DNA from: Eukaryota sp. TZLM1-RC
Lineage: Eukaryota > Protista > Metamonada: BaSk clade
Reading direction: 5' to 3'
Assembly (NCBI GenBank): GCA_040285825.1
Contig: JAUPSS010000001.1
Location: 3,844,001-3,908,000, forward strand
Length of the DNA stretch: 64,000 bases
The translations under genes were made by a program, and so were the position numbers. How positions within the stretch are numbered: the stretch's first letter is position 1; each line of letters opens with the position of its first letter. Below are positions 1-12,134 of this stretch, one piece after another. The notes below the pieces were generated by a model. That model saw only the letters and a list, made by a program, of their open reading frames with translations, was not told the origin of the DNA and made no database searches.

Positions 1-279
1 TCATCTCAATTTGGATTGGGACGAATAACTTCAGAACATATGTGAGAAGGGACCTTCCGAACGTATCAAATGTGCCGAATGACAAAAATCCATCAATTCT
101 TCCCATTCCACACTCACTGCTTCTTCTCTAAGATACAGAGTGTGAGTGCATAATCACTCTTGAAAATCGTCACACTCAATAATTTTGTTTCTACTTCCTT
201 GCATAGAATCAGTAAATAATTGTAATTAAAACAAATTTATTAAACTTATGTAAACTTAAGTTATTCAACTAAAATACAT

Positions 280-1122
280 CTACTTCATTCTATAAAAAGC
301 AATAGATCTGGTCACCGTGCTCTTGGGGGTCGAAGTGGGTCTAAAAATAGGAGTAGAACTGCTTCTCTTCACCTTTGTCCCCTTATTCTCTTCCAATGGC
401 TTATACTCTGGGAAAGGGGAGAAAGTGCCTCCCACCTTACCTCCCTTGGAAGGGGAACTTGGAACAAAAGGCTTGACGGAGGGTTTCTTGGCCTTATCCT
501 TAGAGGGCGAGAAAGCACCAGGTTCGTACTTGTAGGGCTCGTTCCGGTCAAAGCTATCTAATGAGTGCGAGGTCGACACGAATGGTTTCAGTGAGTTTCT
601 TTCCTTCTTTCCCCCTTCCTTGGGGAGGGGTTCAGGGATGTATTCAGGAACGCGACCAATAGTAATTCCGTTGTAGCTATACCCACTGCCTCTCTTTGCG
701 GGGGAGGTATAAATGTTGCGCTTTTCATGTTTGATGCTCTTGGGATCGACCTTCTTCGGGGCAGTCTCGGGTTTATACTCAAACTTACCGAGAGTGCCAT
801 AACTGGGGGAGAGAAGACCGGGGCCAGTGGCTTTCTTTGGGGGCGAGGAAGGGCGGAATGGTTGATTGACAACACATTTCTTGGTTTGAGCAAGACGCTC
901 ACGACGAGCGATGGTTTCCATTTCTACATATGGTTCATTAGTGTACAGAGATTCGAATTTAGCAAAGGTTTCTTTCTTTGAACAGCCAGCTTTAAATTGA
1001 AGACCTTTGTATCGGGAATCTTTAGAAGACGGATCTTTGGTGTCATAAGGTTCACCAACGGAATTAGTTAGGGGAGGGGAGAAGTAGCCCAGAGAGTTAA
1101 GGTCTTGAGGGGCGGCGGGCAT
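280..1122 (-). CDS. CFAP96: Cilia- and flagella-associated protein 96 (C4orf47/UPF0602 family)
   Basis: Motifs LGYFS..VGEPY, PFRPSSPPKK, NIYTSPAKRGSGYSY..ITIG, PFVPSSPSK..GGTFSPFP, FRPTSTPKS match the family pattern. Confidence 0.85.
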   Translation of the reverse strand: MPAAPQDLNSLGYFSPPLTNSVGEPYDTKDPSSKDSRYKGLQFKAGCSKKETFAKFESLYTNEPYVEMETIARRERLAQTKKCVVNQPFRPSSPPKKATGPGLLSPSYGTLGKFEYKPETAPKKVDPKSIKHEKRNIYTSPAKRGSGYSYNGITIGRVPEYIPEPLPKEGGKKERNSLKPFVSTSHSLDSFDRNEPYKYEPGAFSPSKDKAKKPSVKPFVPSSPSKGGKVGGTFSPFPEYKPLEENKGTKVKRSSSTPIFRPTSTPKSTVTRSIAFYRMK

Positions 1123-2013
1123 CGGCTGATATCACAGAAACTGAATCAAATTGGGTTTTTCAAAACAACCCCACATTGATGATCAAAAATGATGCTCCTA
1201 CAATTGTTGCTGTGGTTGCTGACAATAAACTCCTCAAATTTCAATTAAAAGAATTGTAACAAAAATTTGAAGAACAGCTGTTTTATACATCAATTGATGA
1301 AGAAATTGTCGCAGATTTTAAATCAATAATAAGGAATTAATATAACTTTTAATATCCAGCATTTGCGCAAAGAATCTTTAAACAAGTAGAACAACATTAG
1401 AAAAGTTTAATTGATGAATTAAGCCTGTTCACATTAACGGTATCGCTATCTATCATTTTAAGGACTCTGTTGTGTTAACTCTGCTTTGCATTGTCTAGTA
1501 ACATATCAACACAATTGGCTTTATATTATGGATATCAGCTACATCTGTTATGTTTTGAACGGTGTTTAGTGATTGAAAAATCTGCACTATGAGTGAACCA
1601 TAGTTCCACATCAATTCATTCAACATCGTTTAATTTTCCAGCTTTTAACAATTATTTTTCAAAATTTGCTAATTCTTTATATGAAAAATCAGCTCCTTAG
1701 CGAATCCAATTTTGAAAATCCTTTTTTCTCAAATGGTTCAAAATTGATAGAATCAGCTGTAATGTGATGATCAGTCTAACACATTTTAGCATTATACCCA
1801 TCACTAGTGGTGTCTCTTACTGTATATACATCATTTTGGCATTAATTCGAATAAAAAATTGAAAAAATTTTCAATGAATTCTGATCATGTTCCAACAAAC
1901 GATAACTCTGGTATCAAAATTCTTTATCCACAACTAGGACAATATTGGAGAAATATGGTTGTTGTAATGTGAATAAGTTCATTTGTGGAGTATTGGTGAT
2001 ACACTAGTTGATT

Positions 2014-2214
2014 CAACTTATGGTAAGTTTAATAGGGGAGTCCCTGAATTCACAAGTTCCTAATTTCACAACTTGTCATCGTGACGTGGCGTTGCACCCA
2101 CACAATCATTGTACATATATATATTGTATTGTTGTTGTCACCATAACAAACTCCACTTTTCAGCTTCACAAATAGGGACGATCAGGTCAAATACAACTGA
2201 TGGTAAGTTTAATA
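2014..2214. repeat. 21-bp direct repeats (20/21 identical) flanking a 159-bp insert
   Basis: caacttatggtaagtttaata at 2014-2034 and caactgatggtaagtttaata at 2194-2214. Confidence 0.7.
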
Positions 2215-2449
2215 ATAATGATGATGTAAATGATTCAGTTTTGTATTATCATATGTAAGTAATCCAATGATATTTGGTTAAATCTTGTATGGACATAATG
2301 AGAGATGTCATTATAGTTCATCAACCATGTTATCAGAAAACCTGTTACAAATACTAATTGTATCCAGTTCACCACTGAAACATAATACAAATGATTGGTG
2401 AATGGCTAATCAACCAGTGTTTGACATCAGTGAAGTTGACCCAAATACT

Positions 2450-3495
2450 TGATTCCATTACCTCAATTATTTGGGCTAAATGTTTCCCCTCTGATATTGT
2501 GAAACTTCCTTCAAGAAGCTTGCTCTCCTTACCACTGACTTTTGCAAAATTGCAGAAAAAAATCTTGAAAGTTTTAGAAAACTGGGATTATATTGTACGT
2601 CTTAGCTTGGCTAAGGAAAAAAATCCCGTTTTTGCAAACTTTTTGATTGATCTTGAAGACAGTTGCTCAAGTTGCCTAATCTCCCAAATTCCCAACATTT
2701 ATGGCCTTCTACTTAATGATCACCAATGGACCACTGCAATGAGAATGAGATGTTTTCTATGGCCTTGCTCATTACCAAATGATTTAATTTGTCGCTGCAA
2801 GAGTGTTGTTACGCTTTCCCATATTTTAAACTGTAAGTATTTTATAACTTATCGCTCAATTGTTCATGACTCAGTTCGTGATCAATTATATGCCATGTGC
2901 AAAAGTTTCAATATAGAGGCATTTATTGAGCCACTAGTACGTAAGCTGTCTTCAGATCAAACTGATGATTCCTTTGGTAAAAGAAGGGCAGATTTAGTAG
3001 CTCCAGGGATCGATGGTGTTCTCAATGTTGTAGATGTTGTCTCAGTTTATGTTTGCAAAAATTCTGCTGCTCGTTTAGTGTATTCCGCTGATTCGCCGTT
3101 ATCTGACGCCGAAAAAAAGAAGATAAAAAAATATGAAGAACCTTTGGCACAGTTAGGTAGAGTGGAACATGTGAAATATCAGTTTGTGCCGTTTGCAATT
3201 TCTCTTTTTGGCAATATTGGACCTTCAGGGTTGCACTTTTTGGAAAATTTTAAGAAAGTGTTACTGAATAGGTCTGGTAAAACAATGAACTCCATTTTCT
3301 GGTTAAATAGAATTGTTTTTTGCATTTTCAAGTCTATTCCTACAATGATTTCAAAGGCACTTTTAGCTGTCGGTGTAGAATATGAACGTAATGCTGTGAG
3401 TAGATTCAGTAATAGTGACACTTGTTTGGAGGATATTGAATTCTAGATGGTTATTTTTATCTCAATAAATATTCCAGTTTTTTTTAAAAAAAATT
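2450..3495 (+). mobile_element. 5'-truncated CRE-clade non-LTR retrotransposon (family A): CCHC finger + restriction-like endonuclease; ORF 2391-3446
   Basis: CRC..HILNC finger, HDSVRD, RADL..D V motif; AATAAA and A-rich tail after stop; near-identical copy at 44230-45130. Confidence 0.85.
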
Positions 3496-3797
3496 ACCTC
3501 AAAGCTTTCAAATACTTGTGTTTCTGGGTTGATATTCCTCATCACTTCCACACTACTGTTGAATTCCGCAAACTATCGATATCACTAAAGAATTGAAATG
3601 GTACTCAAAGGAGGTGTGAAAAATGTATTTCAACCGTTCCTAGATTCAATAGGTAGGTTGACGGCATTTTTACTGTTATAAAAGATAAACTGTTGTAAAT
3701 CTTGAGAAGAAGGTCGTAAGTGAATGAAAAATAATAAGTTCTTTCTGTTGTAGGTTCAAATGTGATTTTTGAGTTAATGTCAATATATCTATCAAAC

Positions 3798-3900
3798 TAG
3801 ACAGCAAGCAAATCAAGATTTTGTAGAGGAAATCTTGGTTTAATGATAGTCGTCCCATTAGTTATGATTTAATTTAATCAAGTGTGCAAATTCAATAAAT
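3798..3900 (+). mobile_element. 3' stub of CRE non-LTR family B
   Basis: Matches the end of the ORF and 3' UTR at 27965-28070. Confidence 0.7.
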
Positions 3901-4449
3901 TGAGTCTATCAAACATTGTTCTCAATTTTTTCAAAGTTGATTTGATATTTTACATTTAAATATAGTTTTCTTGGTTTCTTTGTGTTCTGTATTTTCTTTG
4001 TATTTTATAATTGTGTTGTTGAGTTGATCACAAAACATTTCGCCAATTTGCCAGTTTTGATTTAATTTAATCGTTAATTAGTCATAAATGACATTCGTAT
4101 CTGTTTATCTGTATCTGAACAATGTCTTTCTCAATGAATGATTGTTATACCACCCAGAACTTCTGCTAATCTATTACAATGTTCCCTATTTAAAATTTTG
4201 AATTATGATTGAAAATTTGAATTAACAAATGCAATACTTGAAGGAATGTATTTTAATGTTCGTTTTGGCTCGGTCAAAAATGATGATCCCACTTTCCCAA
4301 AAATTTCTGTAAGATGTCCAAAACTGTTCCTCTTCGTGTTTAATTTCTCAAATTCCTCAAATTCATGGTCTTCTTTTAGATGATACCACATTTTCTTGTA
4401 CAATGCGCCTTTGTTGTTTTATTTGGCCTGTTAATGTGCCTCATAATTT

Positions 4450-4775
4450 GATGCCAATGCTGATAGAAATAGACCACTTGTTTTTATTGCTTTCCCATTT
4501 TCTATAAACGGAAAACTAAGAGTGGAAGCAGGAAGTTTTTTTGAATGATTTCCAAAAATGGTTCAAGAAAAAACAATGAAACGATTTGATATCTTTTTAT
4601 GGCGCTCTCGAAATCAATTTGTTTCAATTGATAGATTGCTTTGGTTTTTCAATAGAATTAGAGAGGCCTTAGCGAGAGAACAAGCAGATCAAGATTTTGT
4701 GGAAGAAATCATGGTTGAATGAATTCCGTCCCACGAGTTATGATTTTTTTTGCCAAGTGTGCAAGTTTAATAAAT
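4450..4775 (+). mobile_element. 3' fragment of CRE non-LTR family B
   Basis: Frameshifted FIAFPFSING / KTMKRFDIF / EQADQDFVEE, homologous to 27656-28015. Confidence 0.75.
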
Positions 4776-5182
4776 ATAAATCTTGTATTGTTCGCTCATG
4801 GCATTAATCAGTTTTAGTAGTTTGTATTTTCTTACTTGTGTGACCTGCTACGTTGTGTCTTCTTTTCTGCAATTGTCGAAGTTATCATATGCCCGAAATA
4901 CACAATAGACATCTCAAAAAAATATTGATGAATCAAGAAGGAAGACATTCCTGATTTGTGAGTAAACATCACCGATGGAACAGTATTGCGTTAGTAGACA
5001 TACTTTAAAATATACAAAATAACAGAGTCTTGAATTGTTATTGTCAAATTTAGTTTTGTTTGGAATCATTTCCTTTTAAAGTTTCAGCAAGAGGAATAGT
5101 TGCTAATAGCTGCATCTGATTGATGAAAAGATTACTCATTCCAAAGTCTAAATGAAACCCATCTACAAAGCATTAGCATTCC

Positions 5183-6506
5183 TGTTGCCTAAAGTCTATT
5201 GTAGTAAAGAAAAGTCAATGAGGAAAAGTTGATTTATTTTCTAATCTTACTACATAAGCCTTAGGGCGCCAACACTGCTTCTTCCCTTTTTCAAAATAAA
5301 TCAGCTTATATGAATATGAAACTAAAACTATGAACAAATAACTAAATAACTATAACTACTAAGACTACTAATACAGAATTCTACTGTTTTCTATTGTCTA
5401 CAATTATCTTTGTAGTGATTGGGATTCGCACAAACACTGGTTTTACATTTTTAAGATCGACAATTGATGTACTATGACTCTCTTACATCAATGTTAGTAT
5501 AGTGTAGTATGCAATAACTGAAAAGGGCCTCGTTCCAAGATCTGTGTGTTTGAATACTTTGTTGTGTATGTGTTAATCGCTACATAAAGCGCTCTGCTTC
5601 TTCCTTTTTTCGTAAACGAGTAACGTGGTAGTGTCGTTTAGTAAAGGTATCATGGAATCGAAGAATGGATTCGCTAATGATCATGCAGGGTCTATGTTGG
5701 ATCAAAACAACAGTAAACGAAGTACCAAACTTCAGCAACCTGAAGGCGGCGTCTTTTGTTGTTAAAGTACTGGCTTTACGACTAAAAATATCAGAGGAGC
5801 AAAGACCGTATCTTTGCATTTTAGTACAATAATAGTGGATGTGGAGTTTCTACTCGTAACCTCGTTTTTGGTCGACTTTTCTTGTGTTTGGCTCCATAAG
5901 GAAGGGAGCTGCTCGAATGAATAAAAGTCCATTGATTCGAGGTAAGGCTCTGTATCCTTGTTAGGAGGATATATCACTGGAGTCATCTTCTCCTTCCATC
6001 TCATCAAATTGAGATTATGTGAATTTCTTCATATTCTCCTAATGCAGAAGACGTGTCTAAGGTGGGATTTCCATCCGTTCCCTTTGAGACAGGTTCTACA
6101 ATTGGGAGGGGAAAAAGAGCCGGGTCCGTTCTCGTTACCTCTTCCATTGCTGAAGATGGAGGGACCTCGTCCACTCTTTCATCTTTCACTTTTAGGGAGG
6201 GGGAGGTGGGATCCGGGTCCGTTGCCTCGTTACCCTCTTTATTATGTACATGTGTCGCTGGTTCCTGCTGCATGTTAGTTGGGGGATTAGGGTCAGAGAT
6301 ATCTTGCTGAAAGATGTCTGACATGCTGTAAAGGTTTCTGGTTTCTGGGGATGTTTACTAGTAAAGTGCTGAAGTTATGGTATACCTTTTGACTTTAAAA
6401 TGGCCAATAATTATTGTTGCCTAAAGTCTATTGTAGTAAAGAAAAGTCAATGAGGAAAAGTTGATTTATTTTCTAATCATACTATATAAGCCTTAGGGCG
6501 CCAACA
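5183..6506 (-). mobile_element. Miniature non-autonomous LTR element, 92-bp LTRs (5183-5274, 6415-6506), frameshifted internal ORF of unknown identity
   Basis: TG..CA near-identical direct repeats, 4-bp TSD TTCC, PPT aaaagggaagaagcag and leader ataattattggcc on the minus strand. Confidence 0.9.
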
Positions 6507-7314
6507 TTCCAGGGTCTCAATTGTTCGTATCGCATCTTTTCTGCAAGAGAATCTCGTATATGGTTGTCCGATGGAGTAGAATGATAGAAACACCATGGGT
6601 GGTGGCTTAAAAGTGTTGCAAACTCAGTGTTTCATGTTGATTGTTGATGGGCAAAACAGTTTTTTATTAATAAAACGTATTTCATAGTAATCACGTGATG
6701 CCACGTCAGCGTAGTACAATACCCAATTATTTTTATTTCGCTACTTGTTTTGTAGGTGAAACCTGTGGATAGCAGAGTAATGAGTTGTTGAGTAGAACAA
6801 TTTATAATTAATCAAAAGGACGAGTACAGAAATCGACATTTTTCTCTTCTTAGCAGTACAATCAATATCATGCTAGTATACGAAAATTTCTTTTGATTTG
6901 GAACCATTTAAAGCAGTTGTATTCTGCATTTGTTGATGTATGGTGTATCAAAATGTGGAGAGATTTGGAAATTCACATTTTTTCAAAATGAATTTTATCG
7001 TTCCAAAGACCAAATAGAAACTTGTTTAAAGCTACGTATTGTTCGAGAGGAGAAATGGGCTCACTGAGATTGGTTGCCAATTATTGGAGGATTCTCAATG
7101 TCTGTGGACGATCTCACCAGGGATGAAAGTCCTTGGAATAAGTTTGAATGATGCTTGAAGAAACTATACATTTCAATTGAAAACCACAGATACTAACTAA
7201 ATAGCGAAAACCACAGAGAGTAATTCGAAATTTAAATAAATATTTTCAATTTAAGAAGAACACAGACATTTGTTAAAAATTACTTTCTTGACTATTTAAC
7301 TTGACTTATAACCT

Positions 7315-9258
7315 ATGACTTCTTTCCTCTCGCAATCTGCCACAGAGTCTGATGTTGGCATTACTCACTTTCTTACCGACACTGATCCCTTTGAGGGTGT
7401 CTTAAGATCTCGTTACTCCGATTTCATAGTTGAAGAACTCTTCAACGACACCCCTGTTTCAATGTTTCCGTTACCCCACGTTGATAAATCCACCTCTGTA
7501 GTAGATTACTCCAAGTTTGAAGCAATCTGTGGTCCTGTTGCTGCTTCCGAGGCCCGTTCATACTGTGAGTCTGTCCTCTCTGGATCTCCTACTTCCGAGT
7601 TTATCATCCTCTCTCCTTCTCCTGCTGAAATAGCCCACTTCAACGACCAAGCTCCCCTTCTTGAAAAAGAGCATCGCCGGAGCCTCCACAATGCTGTCCG
7701 CTCTTTTTTACCAGACTGTGTTGCATCAGATACCATCAATGACATTGATTTCACTACCAATACTGGCACTGTTATTAAGAGGAAAGCAGTTAGATTGTTT
7801 CCCACCAGCTCCCAAAAGCAAAGCTCAAAGAATAAGCGATTAAAGTTTGACAAGCGTTCTGCATCTTGGCCTACTGATAGACCTCCGTATACAAGGTTTA
7901 CTCTTGCCAAGGAAAACATTGACACTCTGAATGCAATTAAGCTCATCTCTAAAATATTGAGCGTGTCACCCAAAATTTTCAAAACTTCGGGGCTGAAGGA
8001 TCGTAGAGCAGTGACGTTACAACACGTGACGGCTTTCAAGTTACCAAAAGATAAGCTGATTAAAGCAAATTCTATTAAAACTTTACGAGTTTCTGATTTC
8101 AGATATGTTTCAGAAGAATTACGATTGGGTAAACATTCAGGAAATAGATTTACTTTGACTTTACGAGAACTTCAAGGGGATTCTCTGGAGGAAACAGTCA
8201 CTAATGCTGTTGATCAGGTCAAAAATAGAGGATTTTTGAACTATTTTGGACTTCAACGTTTTGGAGCAACTGTTCTACAAACACATAGATTAGGTGAATT
8301 GCTATTAAAAGGGGAATATCTTGGCCTCATAAAGTACATTCTCTCCACTCCTTCAATGGACGATTCAGATGATGTGCTTCCCATTCGCCAGTATTTCAAG
8401 GACGTTGTAACATTAGATTTAGAATTTGAAGAGAGAAAACGAGAATTTTTGCAAGTCTTCAAAAAAGCTACAAAACGGTATGAAACTGAAATAAAGATCC
8501 TTTCCAAGCTAGTGGATAGTGCAACAGACCTCCAGTCTGCTGTCTCTTCCATTGGTTCCCAGTTGTTAAAGTTATATACACATGCATATCAGTCCTATAT
8601 CTTCAACATTCTTGCATCTAAACGCATCAGTCTACATGGCATGTCTCCAGTTCCTGGTGATCTTGTCTATGCCAACCCTTCTCCTTACAATGATTTGTCA
8701 GAGGAGGCAGAACTGGACGATGATGTTAACAGGATTTCAGTGGTTCCACGTGTGAAAACACTCACGGAACATGACGTCAAGGACTACACCATCTTTGACA
8801 TTATCCTTCCTCTTGTTGGTACAGAAACAGTAATGCCAGAGTTCTTACAGTGTCATGTTGATCATCTCACTGATGTTCTCTCTTCAGAATCACCCTCACG
8901 ATCCTTCCCTCACCTTGTTCCTAGGGGAGGGTATCGTAAAGTAGTTGCAAAGCCTGTAGTTCATTCTGCTTGCTTGAGATCTTACACAAACCCAACTGAT
9001 GTCCTCGTTGACACACCCCTCAACGTTTTTAAGAGGGAGATGGGTGAGAAATGTGAAGAACTTGCCAAAGATGAAGGGAACTTGAATGCATTGGTTGTTT
9101 CTTTTGATCTCTCTCCTTCATCTTATGCAACAATGTTCGTCAGAGAGCTCACCAAGCAAAGTTCTCATCGTTATCAACATGCTATGGTGGAGCAACAACG
9201 AAGGAAAGAACGTCATGGTGATGGCGATGTTCCTGTCAAGCGTACCAATGTTGAATAG
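7315..9258 (+). CDS. PUS7: Pseudouridine synthase 7 (TruD family)
   Basis: RYSDFIVEE, GLKDRRAVTLQ (catalytic Asp), GNRF, NYFGLQRFG, HAYQSY, GGYRK, SSYATM. Confidence 0.95.
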   Translation: MTSFLSQSATESDVGITHFLTDTDPFEGVLRSRYSDFIVEELFNDTPVSMFPLPHVDKSTSVVDYSKFEAICGPVAASEARSYCESVLSGSPTSEFIILSPSPAEIAHFNDQAPLLEKEHRRSLHNAVRSFLPDCVASDTINDIDFTTNTGTVIKRKAVRLFPTSSQKQSSKNKRLKFDKRSASWPTDRPPYTRFTLAKENIDTLNAIKLISKILSVSPKIFKTSGLKDRRAVTLQHVTAFKLPKDKLIKANSIKTLRVSDFRYVSEELRLGKHSGNRFTLTLRELQGDSLEETVTNAVDQVKNRGFLNYFGLQRFGATVLQTHRLGELLLKGEYLGLIKYILSTPSMDDSDDVLPIRQYFKDVVTLDLEFEERKREFLQVFKKATKRYETEIKILSKLVDSATDLQSAVSSIGSQLLKLYTHAYQSYIFNILASKRISLHGMSPVPGDLVYANPSPYNDLSEEAELDDDVNRISVVPRVKTLTEHDVKDYTIFDIILPLVGTETVMPEFLQCHVDHLTDVLSSESPSRSFPHLVPRGGYRKVVAKPVVHSACLRSYTNPTDVLVDTPLNVFKREMGEKCEELAKDEGNLNALVVSFDLSPSSYATMFVRELTKQSSHRYQHAMVEQQRRKERHGDGDVPVKRTNVE

Positions 9259-10576
9259 TTTTTTAGTCTGTTTTTAATTTCCGAATTGTTTTAGTCCTTT
9301 TTATTTAAATTTTAGTCTTTGAATTGACAGGTATTGATCATTGTTTATTGATTTGCGTCTGTTACTCTTTGAAATTTCAAAATAAAGCACATTTTTTTCT
9401 GTGTGCTTCATCTTGTTTGACAACACAAGTTCCTCGCCGTTTTGGATTATTGCTTTCAGTTATTCAATACTGGGCAGTCATATAAATTAGACTTAATTTA
9501 CCTCCTATTCAATGCTTATCAAATATGAAATGTAAATGTGGTGCTTATGCTTCTTGTGATCACGTTATTTGTGGCTGTAAATTCAATCAAAAAGATCAAA
9601 TATCTACAATGCTGTCTGTGATTGTCTTTTTGATCTGTTAAAATGTGCTCAGGAATTGAAGGCCTAAACTTTTTAGCTGATTTAGGAAATCTTCTCAAAC
9701 AAAGTGATCGTATATTTGATTTTTTGATTTTGAACAACAGAATCCTATTTTCGTTATTGAAAGCTCTTCCTCGTTGTTTTACAAAGTTGTTTTAATCATA
9801 ATATATTGATTTCCTTACAACACTAGCTATTAACTGTGGTGATCTGCATCCGCATTTTGAGAATGACAGTGTACTGTGAAACTAACCTTATCTTGTCAAA
9901 ACACTCACTCTGTTTTCCCTTCTTTCTCATTCCAGACTAAAAAAGTGGGATTAGAAACTTTGGATATTGGTTCAGATATGACTTGTCATATCGCATTGTT
10001 ATTGCAATTTCTGTTATATTGAAGTCAGGCTGTAGTGTATTGTCTTTTTTGCTTCTTTTAAAAATCAACCCTTCATTCAGCTACTAAAAATCTGTAATGT
10101 TGAAACCTAAGGCCTGACACACTAAGCCAACATGAAATGAATTAGAGATCAAGCTTTAATATGTTGTTCTAACGAACTGCTATTTATTTAATATTATAAA
10201 AGATTATTACAAACACGATCAGCTTACTCAACAATGCGTTTCAGAATAAAACCTCCATTGAAATTCTCTAGATAATTTTAATGAAAACACTCTTCTACCT
10301 CACTATACTATTCAGAGAAAACTATCGTGTTAAGGGAATGTTTTAAGAGACTTTTACAGAAAAAAAATATCTGTCAAGTTTGCTTGCCACTGCATACTTA
10401 CAGTTAATGTTTAAAATGGAAGATTGTTAACTTCTCTGTCCAAAGGCATCCAGACAAACGATTAAAGACAACCAGTTTTGAACACTACTAACTTTGGGGG
10501 AAAAAGGTCCATTTTCCAAGGATTTCATGTCTGACTTCTCTTACACACCTACGAATCTAATAAAGGTGTTCATTAT

Positions 10577-11096
10577 ATGGATCCTTCATCACATGGCGAA
10601 CATACACCTACAACAGGTGAACACAGACTACCTCCTCAGCCTCCCCGTCGTCGCATGAGCAAAACTGGCGAGGAAAGGGAAAAATCGTTTCAATTCATGG
10701 CCAGAGCCACCCTGGATGAACGTGACCTTCTAGCAAGAAGACAAGCTGCTGCGCTAATGGCACATGATCCTGCCTTGAACAAGATACCCTTTGGCACGGC
10801 TGAATACTTTAGTGTATGTGCATGTTCATTAATACTTACCACAGGTCTTTGATAGACTTGTTGCCACATGGCAGAACATTGTGAACCTCACTCCGGAAGC
10901 AAGAGCTGAATCACATGGTAGGATAGGGGAAAGAAGGCGATCTATTTCATTCACACCAGAGGGCTTGTTTGATGAACAGCCCATTGTATCAAGAAGACGG
11001 CACACCATAACCACTTTACCATCAGAGTTTGGGCTGGCTGGGGTCGATGAAACAGGAGAAGAACGGAAAGAAGAGGATGAGTATAAAACTATTTAA
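10577..11096 (+). CDS. Hypothetical protein, two exons (10577-10813, 10845-11096), 31-nt intron
   Basis: Intron GTATGT...ACTTACCACAG (10814-10844) joins ORFs 10577 and 10881 in frame (AEYFS|VFDRLV). Confidence 0.65.
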
Positions 11097-11466
11097 GATG
11101 GGAATTGAATATTCGTGAATATTCTGATTTTGATGGATTAATAAACTTGTAATTTCCATTTTTTGAAAAAAATTCTAGTTCTTTACGGCTGATATAAAGA
11201 TGTAGAATTTTAAGTGTACTACTTCGATATTTTCTGAAATATACCGACACTCTTTTTTGAAAAACTGTAATGTCCTGTTTTTGAACTTTTTTTAACTGAA
11301 ATATTTTTTGAACTGTGTTCATGATTGTTGATCTTCCATCTTTATAACACACCATTTCTGATTCTTCTGAAGCATTACCGAATGGAAAGTCTTTTTGTTT
11401 GAATAGAATGTTTAAAGAATCATTGAGCAGCAGTATTTCAAGTTCGCGAATATATTTTTTAACCAT
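11089..11466 (-). CDS. Hypothetical ORF, possibly a decayed foreign/mobile gene
   Basis: 125-aa ORF, no recognisable motif. Confidence 0.25.
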   Translation of the reverse strand: MVKKYIRELEILLLNDSLNILFKQKDFPFGNASEESEMVCYKDGRSTIMNTVQKIFQLKKVQKQDITVFQKRVSVYFRKYRSSTLKILHLYISRKELEFFSKNGNYKFINPSKSEYSRIFNSHLK

Positions 11467-11974
11467 TCACATTGAATTAGAATATCTTCCTTTTTGTCCT
11501 CTTCAGGCATCATGGAAGTATTTTGACGTTTAGAGATCTTGTGGTAATTGACACCCAATTCTCAAACACTTTCATCAATCTTTTTCATAATCCCGAAAAT
11601 AATAAAAATTTCAATTACAATCTCAGATAAGAAAGAATTTCTGTGGTTCATGTTTTGAATTATTTATAACCACAATTGGAATGGTTGACATCAGACCTGT
11701 GTTCAGTAGGGTTCTAGCCGATTGATAACATAGTTTAAAACAGAAAAGTGTAGGAATAAAAAGCTACTGATATACACCCTCATACATTGAACAGTAACTC
11801 AACTCAATTCATAGATTTTACAAACAGAGCAATGGTATATCTGGTCATTGGTTTGTAATAAGTTCGAATTTGACGAAAAGAGAATCAAAAAAGAGGATTT
11901 GACACTTCGAAATGATTACATCTACAAAAACATTACTTTGATCTTTCCTTCATCATAAAGATTGCTAATTGCGT

Positions 11975-12098
11975 CAAATGCTTTGCTTTCTCTTGGATCT
12001 CACTATGAGAAAGTTGCATCTAGTGTTTTTGTTTTGGGAGAGATGGATTATTTAGATGTTGAGTTATAGGTTTTTAACAAAAAATATAAATAAAAAAA
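11975..12098 (+). mobile_element. 3' stub of CRE non-LTR family C
   Basis: ALLSLGSHYEKVASSVFVLGEMDYLDV matches the C-terminus of ORF 37293-39476; A-rich tail. Confidence 0.75.
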
Positions 12099-12134
12099 TT
12101 ACGTCAAATGTACATTATTCATTAGTTTCATGCA

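Noticed and set aside
1854-1875. AAAATTGA mimivirus early-promoter motif before an ATG
   Set aside because: Expected by chance in AT-rich DNA; downstream frame is broken
10098-10233. TGTTGA..TCAACA segment as a solo LTR
   Set aside because: No matching TSD and no second copy in the window
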